A DNA stretch of 64,000 nt, taken from a virus. This document shows, piece by piece, positions 16,993 through 26,405 of the stretch. The notes below the pieces were generated by a model that did not search any database, had not been told where the DNA came from, and was given only the letters and a program-made list of their open reading frames with translations. The position numbers were made by a program, and so were the translations under genes. How positions within the stretch are numbered: position 1 is the first letter of the stretch; the number at the start of each line of letters is the position of its first letter. The DNA lies in IMG/VR virus record IMGVR_UViG_3300002835_000025. The stretch is one strand, 5' to 3'.

Positions 16993-19900
16993 ATGCTTAA
17001 TTTCTCGGCCGCTCCCTACTATGATGATTTCGATGAGACCAAACATTTTCATAAGATCTTGTTCAAACCTGGTTATGCGGTTCAAGCAAGAGAATTAACT
17101 CAGCTTCAGACTATTATCCAAAACCAGATTGAACGATTTGGTAATTGGGCTTTTACCGATGGATACAAAGTTCACGGTGGTGATACTTCTCTCCTAACCG
17201 CTAATTCTATTCCCATCAATTCATTTACAGGAACTTCAGATTTAAGTTTCTTTAAAGACAAGATTGTCTATATTGGTAGCATTAGAAAAGAAGTAGTTCA
17301 TACGGAAACCATAAACGGTATTGATTATATCTTTACTGTAGATAAAACTAATGGTGCTATTGTAGAAAATTCGACGCTATTGGTTGAAGGATATTCTACA
17401 TACTCATTGACGGTTGAATCTTCTACAGTAACTACAATTTATGGTCAATCATTATTGTATAGATTACTCCCTAGTATATACTATGTAAGTGGAGTATTTG
17501 CAAAAGCTGAAGATCAGATTATAGTAGTTTCATTATCCAATATAAAAGTTTCATCTGACATATATTTGGTTGCTAATGAATATATCATAACTTCTAACGA
17601 TGATGAATCTTTATTAGATAACGCTTATGGTTCACCAAACTATGCTGCTCCTGGTGCTGATAGACATTCAATGGAATTGATTCTTCAGACAACACTATCA
17701 AGTTCTGGATTGACTACCAATAGCAAACATTTTCTATTAAATAAACTTGTAGATGGTGTCATAGTATCTTCACCAAATAAACCAGAAACATCTGATTTTG
17801 AAAATCTTATTGCTGAAAGAACATATAATGAATCTGGAGATTATACAGTAATCCCATTCATTGGTCAAGTTTATGATGATCTTACAGATACTACAAAAGC
17901 AACTTTCAAATTAGATGCTGGTACTGCTTACATAAAAGGATTTGAAGTTAAAAAAGAAGCACAAACTTCCTTATCAATTGATAAAGCAAGAACTACTGCA
18001 TTCCTTAATAATAGTCAAGTAACTATAGATAAAGGTCCTTATATTGTAGTAGAAAATCTTACTGGATTAATATTCCCATATTCTATGTTGACTGTGGATA
18101 TCCATAGTTCGACAACAGTATCTACAAGTTCAGCCACATATAACAATACTAAAATTGGTACTGCTACTGTATTTGGTACGACATTTGATAGTTTGAATTC
18201 TGGAACTACTAATGCTTACAAATTATTCATTACTAATATAGCGATGAATACTGGTAAAACTATTAGTGGTGCTCGTTCGTTTATTATCAAAACTGGTTCT
18301 GGTACATATACTTGGACATTTAAAGCAGATTACAGTACAGAAACTTATGACAAGTTAGATATTCTTGGTGCTACTGTTACTGATGTTACTGTATTCAATT
18401 CACAGAATTATACCCAACTATTTCCGTTATTGAATAAGCCAGTAAAAACTCACGTTAATCCCTTAACTAGCACTACTGATATTTCTTACCAATACTATAA
18501 GGAATTTCTAAGTACGACTTTTTCAAGATCTTCTGGCAGTACAGTTGGTTCATTTACACTAAGTGGAAATCAGTTCTTTATTGGTAGTGGAATCGTACCA
18601 TCAACTACAGTAGCTACGCAGTGGTATGCTGTTGTTAAGACAGTTGGAAGTGGTACAGGTACTGCGCCGACAGTTGGGACTATAATCAAATTAGAATCAG
18701 GTACTGTTAATATTGCTAGCAATACTTCTGCAACTGTAACACTACCAGTGGATTATAACTTGACGCTGGATGTATTTACTATTATTGGCGAATCTGTAGC
18801 TAATAACAGAAACAAAGTTAAGAATACCAATGCTACTTTAACTGTAACTGGAGAATCATTAACTGCATCTACAATTTCATTATTGAAGGCCGATGGTTAT
18901 AGATTGGTAAGTGTTATCGATGATATGTCAATAGACCATACTTCAAAATATGAATTCTATACTGGTCAGAAAGATGCTTATTATGACCATGCTTATATCA
19001 AATTAGTAAATGATAGAGTTACTCCAAAATCTAGCAATCCTAGAATAACATCTTTGACCATAACATTTGATTATTTTAGTCATACCGGAACAGGACCGCT
19101 TACAGTTGATTCTTATACTGGAGTACTTGAATATGAAACAATTCCAGTTTATAGAACTCAAAGTGGTGACATATTAAGACTTTCGGATACTCTTGACTTC
19201 AGACCTAGAAGAACAGATGGTTCTACTACATTGCTATTCGATTCGTATAAGAAACCAAACTTTGGTAGCTACTTATCAACTGACTATGAATATTATCTAC
19301 CTCGTATCGATAGAGTAGCAATCTTATCTTCATCAAGAGACTTTGCTGTAATAAAAGGCATTCCTTCTAAGTATCCATTAGTACCAGATGCTGGTGATGC
19401 TATGACGTTATACACTTTAACAATTCCAGCATACACATTTGACTATAAAGATATTGTTGCTGAATACGTTGATAATAAACGCTATACCATGAAGGACATA
19501 GCAAAGATTGATAAGCGTGTAAATAGACTTGAATATTATGCTACATTATCATTATTAGAAAAACAAGCAACAGACGAAGCAATTCCTTCAGATGTTCCTG
19601 GTATTGATAAATTTAAAAATGGTATTTTGGTTGATCCATTTGCTGGTCATAGTGTTGGTGATGTATTCAGTCCTTATTATAATTGTGCCATTGATTTCGT
19701 TCAAAGAGTATTAAGACCGGCTTACGTTAAAGACACATTTGATTATGTGGTAGATGAGTCTGGAAATTCTTCAGTACTGATTTCGAATAACCATGCAGTA
19801 CTTGAATATTCTGAAGTTCCAGTTATTACTCAAGCAGAAGCATCTGAATACGAGTCAGTCCAACCATTCAATTCATTCAATTGGAATGGTGTAATGGATA

Positions 19901-20097
19901 TGGATCCTCCAACAGATATCTGGGTTGATACTACATCTGCAGCAACTTCAGTAGTTAACTTGAATGGTGAATTTGACCACATTACTGGCGGTAATGGTCA
20001 GGTTTGGTCTGACTGGCAAACCACTGGTGTTGGTATTACTGCAATATCATTGAATACTAAAGTAGATGTTCAATCACAAGTATCTGTCGTTAAATAA
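16993..20097 (+). CDS. large virion protein, DUF4815/VrlC-like, N-terminal part
   Basis: APYYDDFD...FHKILFKPGYAVQARELTQLQTI...APGADR...ERTYNESGDY...LDFRPR...YYLPRID...NKRYTMKDI...FKNGILVDPF. Confidence 0.8.
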   Translation: MLNFSAAPYYDDFDETKHFHKILFKPGYAVQARELTQLQTIIQNQIERFGNWAFTDGYKVHGGDTSLLTANSIPINSFTGTSDLSFFKDKIVYIGSIRKEVVHTETINGIDYIFTVDKTNGAIVENSTLLVEGYSTYSLTVESSTVTTIYGQSLLYRLLPSIYYVSGVFAKAEDQIIVVSLSNIKVSSDIYLVANEYIITSNDDESLLDNAYGSPNYAAPGADRHSMELILQTTLSSSGLTTNSKHFLLNKLVDGVIVSSPNKPETSDFENLIAERTYNESGDYTVIPFIGQVYDDLTDTTKATFKLDAGTAYIKGFEVKKEAQTSLSIDKARTTAFLNNSQVTIDKGPYIVVENLTGLIFPYSMLTVDIHSSTTVSTSSATYNNTKIGTATVFGTTFDSLNSGTTNAYKLFITNIAMNTGKTISGARSFIIKTGSGTYTWTFKADYSTETYDKLDILGATVTDVTVFNSQNYTQLFPLLNKPVKTHVNPLTSTTDISYQYYKEFLSTTFSRSSGSTVGSFTLSGNQFFIGSGIVPSTTVATQWYAVVKTVGSGTGTAPTVGTIIKLESGTVNIASNTSATVTLPVDYNLTLDVFTIIGESVANNRNKVKNTNATLTVTGESLTASTISLLKADGYRLVSVIDDMSIDHTSKYEFYTGQKDAYYDHAYIKLVNDRVTPKSSNPRITSLTITFDYFSHTGTGPLTVDSYTGVLEYETIPVYRTQSGDILRLSDTLDFRPRRTDGSTTLLFDSYKKPNFGSYLSTDYEYYLPRIDRVAILSSSRDFAVIKGIPSKYPLVPDAGDAMTLYTLTIPAYTFDYKDIVAEYVDNKRYTMKDIAKIDKRVNRLEYYATLSLLEKQATDEAIPSDVPGIDKFKNGILVDPFAGHSVGDVFSPYYNCAIDFVQRVLRPAYVKDTFDYVVDESGNSSVLISNNHAVLEYSEVPVITQAEASEYESVQPFNSFNWNGVMDMDPPTDIWVDTTSAATSVVNLNGEFDHITGGNGQVWSDWQTTGVGITAISLNTKVDVQSQVSVVK

Positions 20098-20128
20098 ATA
20101 TTATAAAGTTTAACATAAGGAATAAACA

Positions 20129-23100
20129 GTGGCAAAATTAATTTTAGAAAGTGCAACAAACCCTAGTAGTACCACAACTCAGGTTGCTACCACTCCAGTA
20201 AATCCAGTCGATACTGTAGCAAGAGATTTGGCAGCTGCTGCACTTCAAGCTGCTCAAGTTCCTCCTAAAGTGAGTGTGGACATCAGTGCCACTACAACTA
20301 CTACTACAACCCAATCTAAAGTAGGATTACAATTCTCATCTACTCAATCTACCTTTGAGACCAATCTTGGTGAGAAGGTTATTGATACTTCGTTGATATC
20401 CAATATCAGATCTAAGAATGTATACTTCAGTGCTTATCATTTAAAACCATTGACTGAATTACATGCATTCTTTGATAATATCAATGTGGATGCTTATATT
20501 GCTCCTGCATACAGAGTAGTGCTGAATAAAGTTGTTCATACTAATAGAACAAAGTCTTTTGCTAGAACGAATAGCAATTGCGATGTATTATTTGCCAAAG
20601 GCAAAACTATTTACATTACTCAATCACCAATTGATAGTGGAGCAGCAAACGGTTATTTGGCTGCTGCTGATACCTTTACTTGGGATAGTGTTACCTATAC
20701 AGTTGCTAGTATTGCTAAATCGGATACATTGACTACTGATGAGAATGGTTATATTGCTGGAACATTTATGATTCCAAACAATTCAGATATCCATTTTAAT
20801 ACTGGTTCAAGAGCATTCCTTTTATGCGATAGTGTAAACAATAATGCCGCAGAGATTTCAACATCTGCTGAATTTATGTACTATGCTAGTGGTATGGCTC
20901 AAACCAAACAGGCGCAAACCTTATCTACTAGAATTAATCAGGTAACAATTAATCCATTATTGAAATCAGCATCAACTGAAACATCAAAAACTGTAGCATA
21001 TCCGACTGCAAAATCAGCAGTTGCTCCAGTAACTATTCTTACCGATACGACTGCTCCTACAATTGTTTCTTATAGTCCATCTAAAGGAGCTACTGGTGTT
21101 GCCGTTGGTAACAATATCATTATAACTTTCAGTGAGAATGTTACAAAATATACAGGCAGTATTACGTTAAAGAAATCGAATGGTACGGTCATCGAAACAT
21201 TTGCTATGCCTGGTAGTTCATTAGTAACTATTTCAGGTGCAGTAATGACGATTAATCCTACTGCTGATCTCAACCACAGTACTTCTTACATTATAGATTT
21301 GCCTTATGCTTGTGTTCAAGATGGAACTGGAAATTCTTTTGCTGCAGTTTCTGATTATTCATTTACCACAAGTCAACCTGCTGCAACATCAGCATTAGTA
21401 CCAGTTGCATATTTTCCATCAGACGGTTCTTTGGACATTGATGTATCATCTAAAGTATCGATTCAATTCAATAGAGCAATTGCAAAAGGTACTGGTAATC
21501 TTGTATTAAGAACAACAGCAGGAACTGTAGAAACTATAAACACAGCAACTTCTACAAATGTTACTATTGTTAATGATACTATTACTATTGCATTTACTAA
21601 TCTATTATCAAAATCTACTAATTACTATTTGGACATTCCTAGTACTGCTATAAAAGATACTGCAGGCTCTCCGGTATTCTGGGTAGGAACGACGACTTAT
21701 GATTTTACTACAATATCATCTGTACAAGCAGTTGCTACTTCAGGTTATAGACAAGTAAGTAGATTAGGTGAATTAGGTGAATTAGATGTTTATGACTACA
21801 TCTTAGATTTTACTACAGCTACTGGTGAATGTGGATTTGATATTACTACCGATATGACTAGAAAAAGTATTTCTGCTCAATTGTTCTGGGATGGAAATAA
21901 AGTACCAGTTGCAGGTACAGGTGGTTCTTTAGATAAACCTTGCTTCGTATCAACTAAGAATCTACCAATTGATGAAAAGTTTAGAACTACACGGAATTTT
22001 GTTGGTGCTACTTTTGCTACGATATCTCAAGATGTATCATCGTCAAATCCATTAAAATATAGATTTAATAAAACCAAAGCAAATCCTACTACTGCTATTC
22101 TTAGAATAACTTCAGCAGGACCATTTGAATGGAATCAAGTATTACCGGCATCAGTAACTCCAGTAGAAGGAAAAGCAAATTTCAAAACTATTGCTACTGG
22201 CGATGGAAATCAATTCTCACCAGTTTCTATGGATGGAACTACTGGATGGGAGCATTGGTATCAGGGTGATTATGTAAATAGCACTCGTGATGTTTCTGGT
22301 AATATGGATCATGCAAACTGGAACTATAAAGATGCTTCTGGTAAAACCCAAAAAGGATTGTTTAATGGATTCATAGCAATTCCGGCAGGATCAAAAACTT
22401 TATCTTTTAAGACCACGAATTCTGGTACTGCTTCTGGAACAGTAACTTCTATTGCTCCTACACTAAACACTTTAGATAACACTAATATAGTTAATGCTAC
22501 ACCTACTGTTTCGGATAAGATTGTTCATAGTCAAGATTCTAATGGTAAATGGGTAATGAGTAGACCATCGGGATTTCCTATCACAATACCAGCAGGTGGA
22601 TATCTTACATACAACATCACTTTCACCTGGCCATTTACCTATTGGACACCCACATGGGATTGGAATACTGAAACTGGATTGACTGGTACTGTAAGATATA
22701 ATGCTGTTGTAAGATTACCTAATAAAGATTCTATTATAGCAAAATTCCAACAATTAGTAACTGAAAAAATTAGAAGTTACATTTTCAGTGCTAAAAAAAA
22801 TCCTGCCAGTGCATACTTGTCTGAATGGGATCTATTGATAGGTTATACTAATGATGATGTGTTACCAAACACATCAAAGATTTATATGAATTCGTGGATC
22901 AAATCTAGTATTGTTCAAGATGATCCATTAGCTCAAACATTCTTTATAGATTCGTCTAATCATCCTGACGGTTACTTTGTTTCTTCTGTAGACTTATTCT
23001 TCAAACAGAAATCGACAACAGAAGATATTACTGTCCAAATTAGACCTGTAATAAATGGATTTCCAAGTTCATCTGAAATCGTACCGTTTGCAATTTCAAG

Positions 23101-24565
23101 TCTAACTCCAGATTCAGTTAATCTTACATCTTATCCTGATGCTACTGATAGCAGTTCTTATACAAAGTTCAAATTTGATTCTCCAATCTATTTGACACCA
23201 GGAACTTATGCCATTGTTGTTATATCAGCATCAAAAGATTACTCTATCTTTACTTCTACTGTTGGTGGATTTAGATTAAGTGATTTGGATTCCAGAATTG
23301 CTGAAATTCCTTATACTGGTGACTTATTCAAGAGTTCTAACAGTCAGACTTGGTTGCCATCTCCATACCAAGATATGTGTTTTGTGATTAACCGTGCAGA
23401 TTTTAGTGCTTCTGGAACAGTTGCATTCAAATCAGATAAACCAGTTAATAACTATTCTTTAGCTTATAATACGTTCCAAGCAGTTACTCATTATAATATT
23501 AATGATTATATTAGAGTGCAGTCTTCGACTAATACTGATAGAGTTTATCAAGTCATGAACTCAGGGACTTCTGGAGCTAGTGCACCAACTCATACTACCG
23601 GTACTGTTACTAATGGTACAATTTCATTGCAGTTTATAGCAACAGCAACAAGATGGCAAGATACAGAAGTTCCTTATGATGTATATTTTGCTCAAGGTGA
23701 GAATGTATTATTTAAGAATTCTGAAGCAAAACATTACTATAAAGGTACCAATTCATCAGGTGTTCTTGATACAGATTTCAAAGAAATTATGATAGGTTCA
23801 AACTACGAAATGGAATCAAGAAAGGTATTGGATTCTAATGTTAAGGATATCTACTCTAAAATTGAATTGAGTACAAATGATTCTAAACTATCACCAATTA
23901 TTGACCTTACTAGATTATCAAATGTTTTGGTTAGAAATTTAATCAATGCTGATACTATTGCTCCAGATTTTGTTGCTAATACTGATGTTACTTCTGGCGA
24001 TTATATAAAAGTTCTTGTTGGAACAACTTATAGAATGTATCTTGTTATTACTTCAGGAACTACATCAACTGCCGCACCAGTATTTGTTGGTGGTGATATA
24101 TTGAATGGAACGGCATTATTAAGATACGTGGGTGAAACTAACAATGGTGACACTGAACTTCTTCCTGCTGGAGGTACTGCATTATCAAGATACATGACAA
24201 GAAAGGTAGTTCTTGCTGATGGGTTCGAATCGACTGATATTGTAGTAAGATTTAATGCTTATACTCCTATTGGTTCTACTGTTAAAGTTTACTACAAAGC
24301 TGCATTCGTTGATGGTAATACTACACTTGAAGAATCTCCATATCACGAAATGGTTCTTTCGGAACGTGATGCCAATTATGCTGGTTCTTTTGTTGAACAT
24401 AAATTTATATGTGACTATGGTGACAATATTCTTCCTGGCGTAAGATATGCATTACCAAATAAACAAAGATTCAATCAGTTCTCAATTAAGATTGTTATGC
24501 TATCAGCCAACACAGTTGTGGTTCCTAAAATTAGAGATTTGAGAGTAATGGCACTGGACGATTGA
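20129..24565 (+). CDS. large virion protein, DUF4815/VrlC-like, C-terminal part with Big_5/SbsA-type Ig-like and CBM-like inserts
   Basis: GTG start with AAGGA RBS; LGEKVID...IRSKNVYF...LKP; DPLAQTFFID...SSVDLFF; C-terminal FNQFSIKIVM...PKIRDLRVMAL; two Ig-like domains (first begins DTTAPTIVSYSP). Confidence 0.78.
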   Translation: MAKLILESATNPSSTTTQVATTPVNPVDTVARDLAAAALQAAQVPPKVSVDISATTTTTTTQSKVGLQFSSTQSTFETNLGEKVIDTSLISNIRSKNVYFSAYHLKPLTELHAFFDNINVDAYIAPAYRVVLNKVVHTNRTKSFARTNSNCDVLFAKGKTIYITQSPIDSGAANGYLAAADTFTWDSVTYTVASIAKSDTLTTDENGYIAGTFMIPNNSDIHFNTGSRAFLLCDSVNNNAAEISTSAEFMYYASGMAQTKQAQTLSTRINQVTINPLLKSASTETSKTVAYPTAKSAVAPVTILTDTTAPTIVSYSPSKGATGVAVGNNIIITFSENVTKYTGSITLKKSNGTVIETFAMPGSSLVTISGAVMTINPTADLNHSTSYIIDLPYACVQDGTGNSFAAVSDYSFTTSQPAATSALVPVAYFPSDGSLDIDVSSKVSIQFNRAIAKGTGNLVLRTTAGTVETINTATSTNVTIVNDTITIAFTNLLSKSTNYYLDIPSTAIKDTAGSPVFWVGTTTYDFTTISSVQAVATSGYRQVSRLGELGELDVYDYILDFTTATGECGFDITTDMTRKSISAQLFWDGNKVPVAGTGGSLDKPCFVSTKNLPIDEKFRTTRNFVGATFATISQDVSSSNPLKYRFNKTKANPTTAILRITSAGPFEWNQVLPASVTPVEGKANFKTIATGDGNQFSPVSMDGTTGWEHWYQGDYVNSTRDVSGNMDHANWNYKDASGKTQKGLFNGFIAIPAGSKTLSFKTTNSGTASGTVTSIAPTLNTLDNTNIVNATPTVSDKIVHSQDSNGKWVMSRPSGFPITIPAGGYLTYNITFTWPFTYWTPTWDWNTETGLTGTVRYNAVVRLPNKDSIIAKFQQLVTEKIRSYIFSAKKNPASAYLSEWDLLIGYTNDDVLPNTSKIYMNSWIKSSIVQDDPLAQTFFIDSSNHPDGYFVSSVDLFFKQKSTTEDITVQIRPVINGFPSSSEIVPFAISSLTPDSVNLTSYPDATDSSSYTKFKFDSPIYLTPGTYAIVVISASKDYSIFTSTVGGFRLSDLDSRIAEIPYTGDLFKSSNSQTWLPSPYQDMCFVINRADFSASGTVAFKSDKPVNNYSLAYNTFQAVTHYNINDYIRVQSSTNTDRVYQVMNSGTSGASAPTHTTGTVTNGTISLQFIATATRWQDTEVPYDVYFAQGENVLFKNSEAKHYYKGTNSSGVLDTDFKEIMIGSNYEMESRKVLDSNVKDIYSKIELSTNDSKLSPIIDLTRLSNVLVRNLINADTIAPDFVANTDVTSGDYIKVLVGTTYRMYLVITSGTTSTAAPVFVGGDILNGTALLRYVGETNNGDTELLPAGGTALSRYMTRKVVLADGFESTDIVVRFNAYTPIGSTVKVYYKAAFVDGNTTLEESPYHEMVLSERDANYAGSFVEHKFICDYGDNILPGVRYALPNKQRFNQFSIKIVMLSANTVVVPKIRDLRVMALDD

Positions 24566-24566
24566 T

Positions 24567-24794
24567 ATGGATTTGATGGAACTAGATGATACTAAAGACC
24601 TAGTACGAGATGTTCACTCTAAAGCACTATTGACAGTTAATAATAGCAAATTGCGTGAACATCAATCCAAAAGGGATGCTGCTAGAATGGTTATGAAGAA
24701 TGCCGAGGACATCTCAGTCTTGAAAAATGAGATGTCTGATATCAAACAGATGCTTCAACTGTTAATAAATAATACTAATTATTCAAACAAATAA
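24567..24794 (+). CDS. small coiled-coil protein following the DUF4815 gene
   Basis: DLVRDVHSKALL...LKNEMSDIKQMLQLL; tightly coupled to the upstream gene. Confidence 0.65.
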   Translation: MDLMELDDTKDLVRDVHSKALLTVNNSKLREHQSKRDAARMVMKNAEDISVLKNEMSDIKQMLQLLINNTNYSNK

Positions 24795-24803
24795 GGAAAT
24801 TCA

Positions 24804-26402
24804 ATGGCAATCGTTCTAAGAAGCGTTAAAGGTTCACCTTTAACAATCTCCGAAGTTGATGGCAACTTTACTACACTCGATTCGGGCAAACTAGATAAAA
24901 CTGGCGGTACTTCTTTATATCTTGGAACAGGAGCCAATAATACTCGGTTTCCTAATGCCCTAGCTGTTATTAGTAATACTGCTGTAGGCATCCAACAAAA
25001 TGAACCTCATAAGGCCGGTTTAGTATCTGAAGGAACAGGAAGTTCTTTAACTACTACTATTAGTGGCACTTCTGGCGCTACATCTATTATTGTAGGTTCT
25101 GCTACTGGCATTTTAATTGGCCAATTAGTATCAGGCACTGGTATTGCTCCTAACGCTACTGTTACTAATATCGTCAGTACTACAATAACTGTATCTCTTG
25201 CTAATACTGGAACTGTTTCTGGAACAGGCACATTCAGTAACATTGGAGTTGGCGTTTATGGTAAAGGTTATGCGGCTGGAGCAGCAAGATCCGGAGGTGT
25301 AGTTGGTGAAGGTCATGTATCAGCAACTACTGACACTGGTTCTGCTATTGGTGTTCGTGGTTATGCTAACGATACCCATTCTGGTGGTATGAATATTGGT
25401 CTATATGGCGATGCTACTGGTGGTGCTACCAATTATGCACTTTATATCAATAGAGGTGGAGTATTTTCAACATCTAGCCTTGATATTACTGCTCCAAGTT
25501 TAGGTATTCCTACTGGTGGAACTGGTGCTCGACCAGGAACTCCTGCCGCAGGTTATTTAAGATTCAATAGCGATCTTACTACTTTTGAAGGTTATAATGG
25601 TTCTAAATGGGGTTCTATTGGTGGCGGTTTAACTCCTACTACTATTAAAACTGCTAATGGCTATACTGCAACATCAAATGATTTAGTAAGATGTAATACT
25701 ACTTCTGGTGCATTCTCTATAACATTCCCAACATCGCCAACTGATGGTGATATTATTGGTGTAGTTGATATTACTGGAAACTTTAATACTGCTAATTTGA
25801 CCATCAATCGTGGTGGTACTACTACAATCGAAAGTGACACATCATTAATTTTAGACATGAATGGTACTTACGTCTCATTCGTTTATAGTTCTACCGACAC
25901 TAACTGGAAATTATTAGAAACGCCTGTAGGTTCATTAGGTAATGTATCAACATCAGTTACATTAACAGGACTAACCAAAGGAACTGGTAATACTCTTACT
26001 AATGCGACTGCTGGCACAGATTATGTTGCTCCAGGAACTGCTACGACCTTTACAAAACCTCAAACTCCTTCTACTTCAGCAGAAACTGCCCCATCAACTA
26101 ATGCAGTTACATGGGATTTGACCACTAATCAGATTTTCAGAATCAATCTGAATGCTAATATTACTACATTCAATTTGACTGGAACTTTAAGTAATTTGGT
26201 TGGTAATCAATATGAAGCAATTGTACGGTATAATGGTGGCAGTACAATATCATGGAATGCTAATATGAAATGGACGGCGGCTACTGCTCCAACTTTAACT
26301 GGAACAAGTGGCAAGATTGATGTATTTACTTTTGTTGTAGCAAGTACAGACGGAACCAATTTCTATTTGGTTAATACTGGCATTAAATTGAACGTGGGTT
26401 AA
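24804..26402 (+). CDS. tail fibre / fibre shaft protein with an N-terminal LRxxKGSPLT anchor-like domain
   Basis: G/T-rich; IPTGGTGARP...GYLRFNS...FEGYNGSKWGSIGGG, NTTSGAFSITFP and GKIDVFTF fibre motifs. Confidence 0.75.
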   Translation: MAIVLRSVKGSPLTISEVDGNFTTLDSGKLDKTGGTSLYLGTGANNTRFPNALAVISNTAVGIQQNEPHKAGLVSEGTGSSLTTTISGTSGATSIIVGSATGILIGQLVSGTGIAPNATVTNIVSTTITVSLANTGTVSGTGTFSNIGVGVYGKGYAAGAARSGGVVGEGHVSATTDTGSAIGVRGYANDTHSGGMNIGLYGDATGGATNYALYINRGGVFSTSSLDITAPSLGIPTGGTGARPGTPAAGYLRFNSDLTTFEGYNGSKWGSIGGGLTPTTIKTANGYTATSNDLVRCNTTSGAFSITFPTSPTDGDIIGVVDITGNFNTANLTINRGGTTTIESDTSLILDMNGTYVSFVYSSTDTNWKLLETPVGSLGNVSTSVTLTGLTKGTGNTLTNATAGTDYVAPGTATTFTKPQTPSTSAETAPSTNAVTWDLTTNQIFRINLNANITTFNLTGTLSNLVGNQYEAIVRYNGGSTISWNANMKWTAATAPTLTGTSGKIDVFTFVVASTDGTNFYLVNTGIKLNVG

Positions 26403-26405
26403 ATT

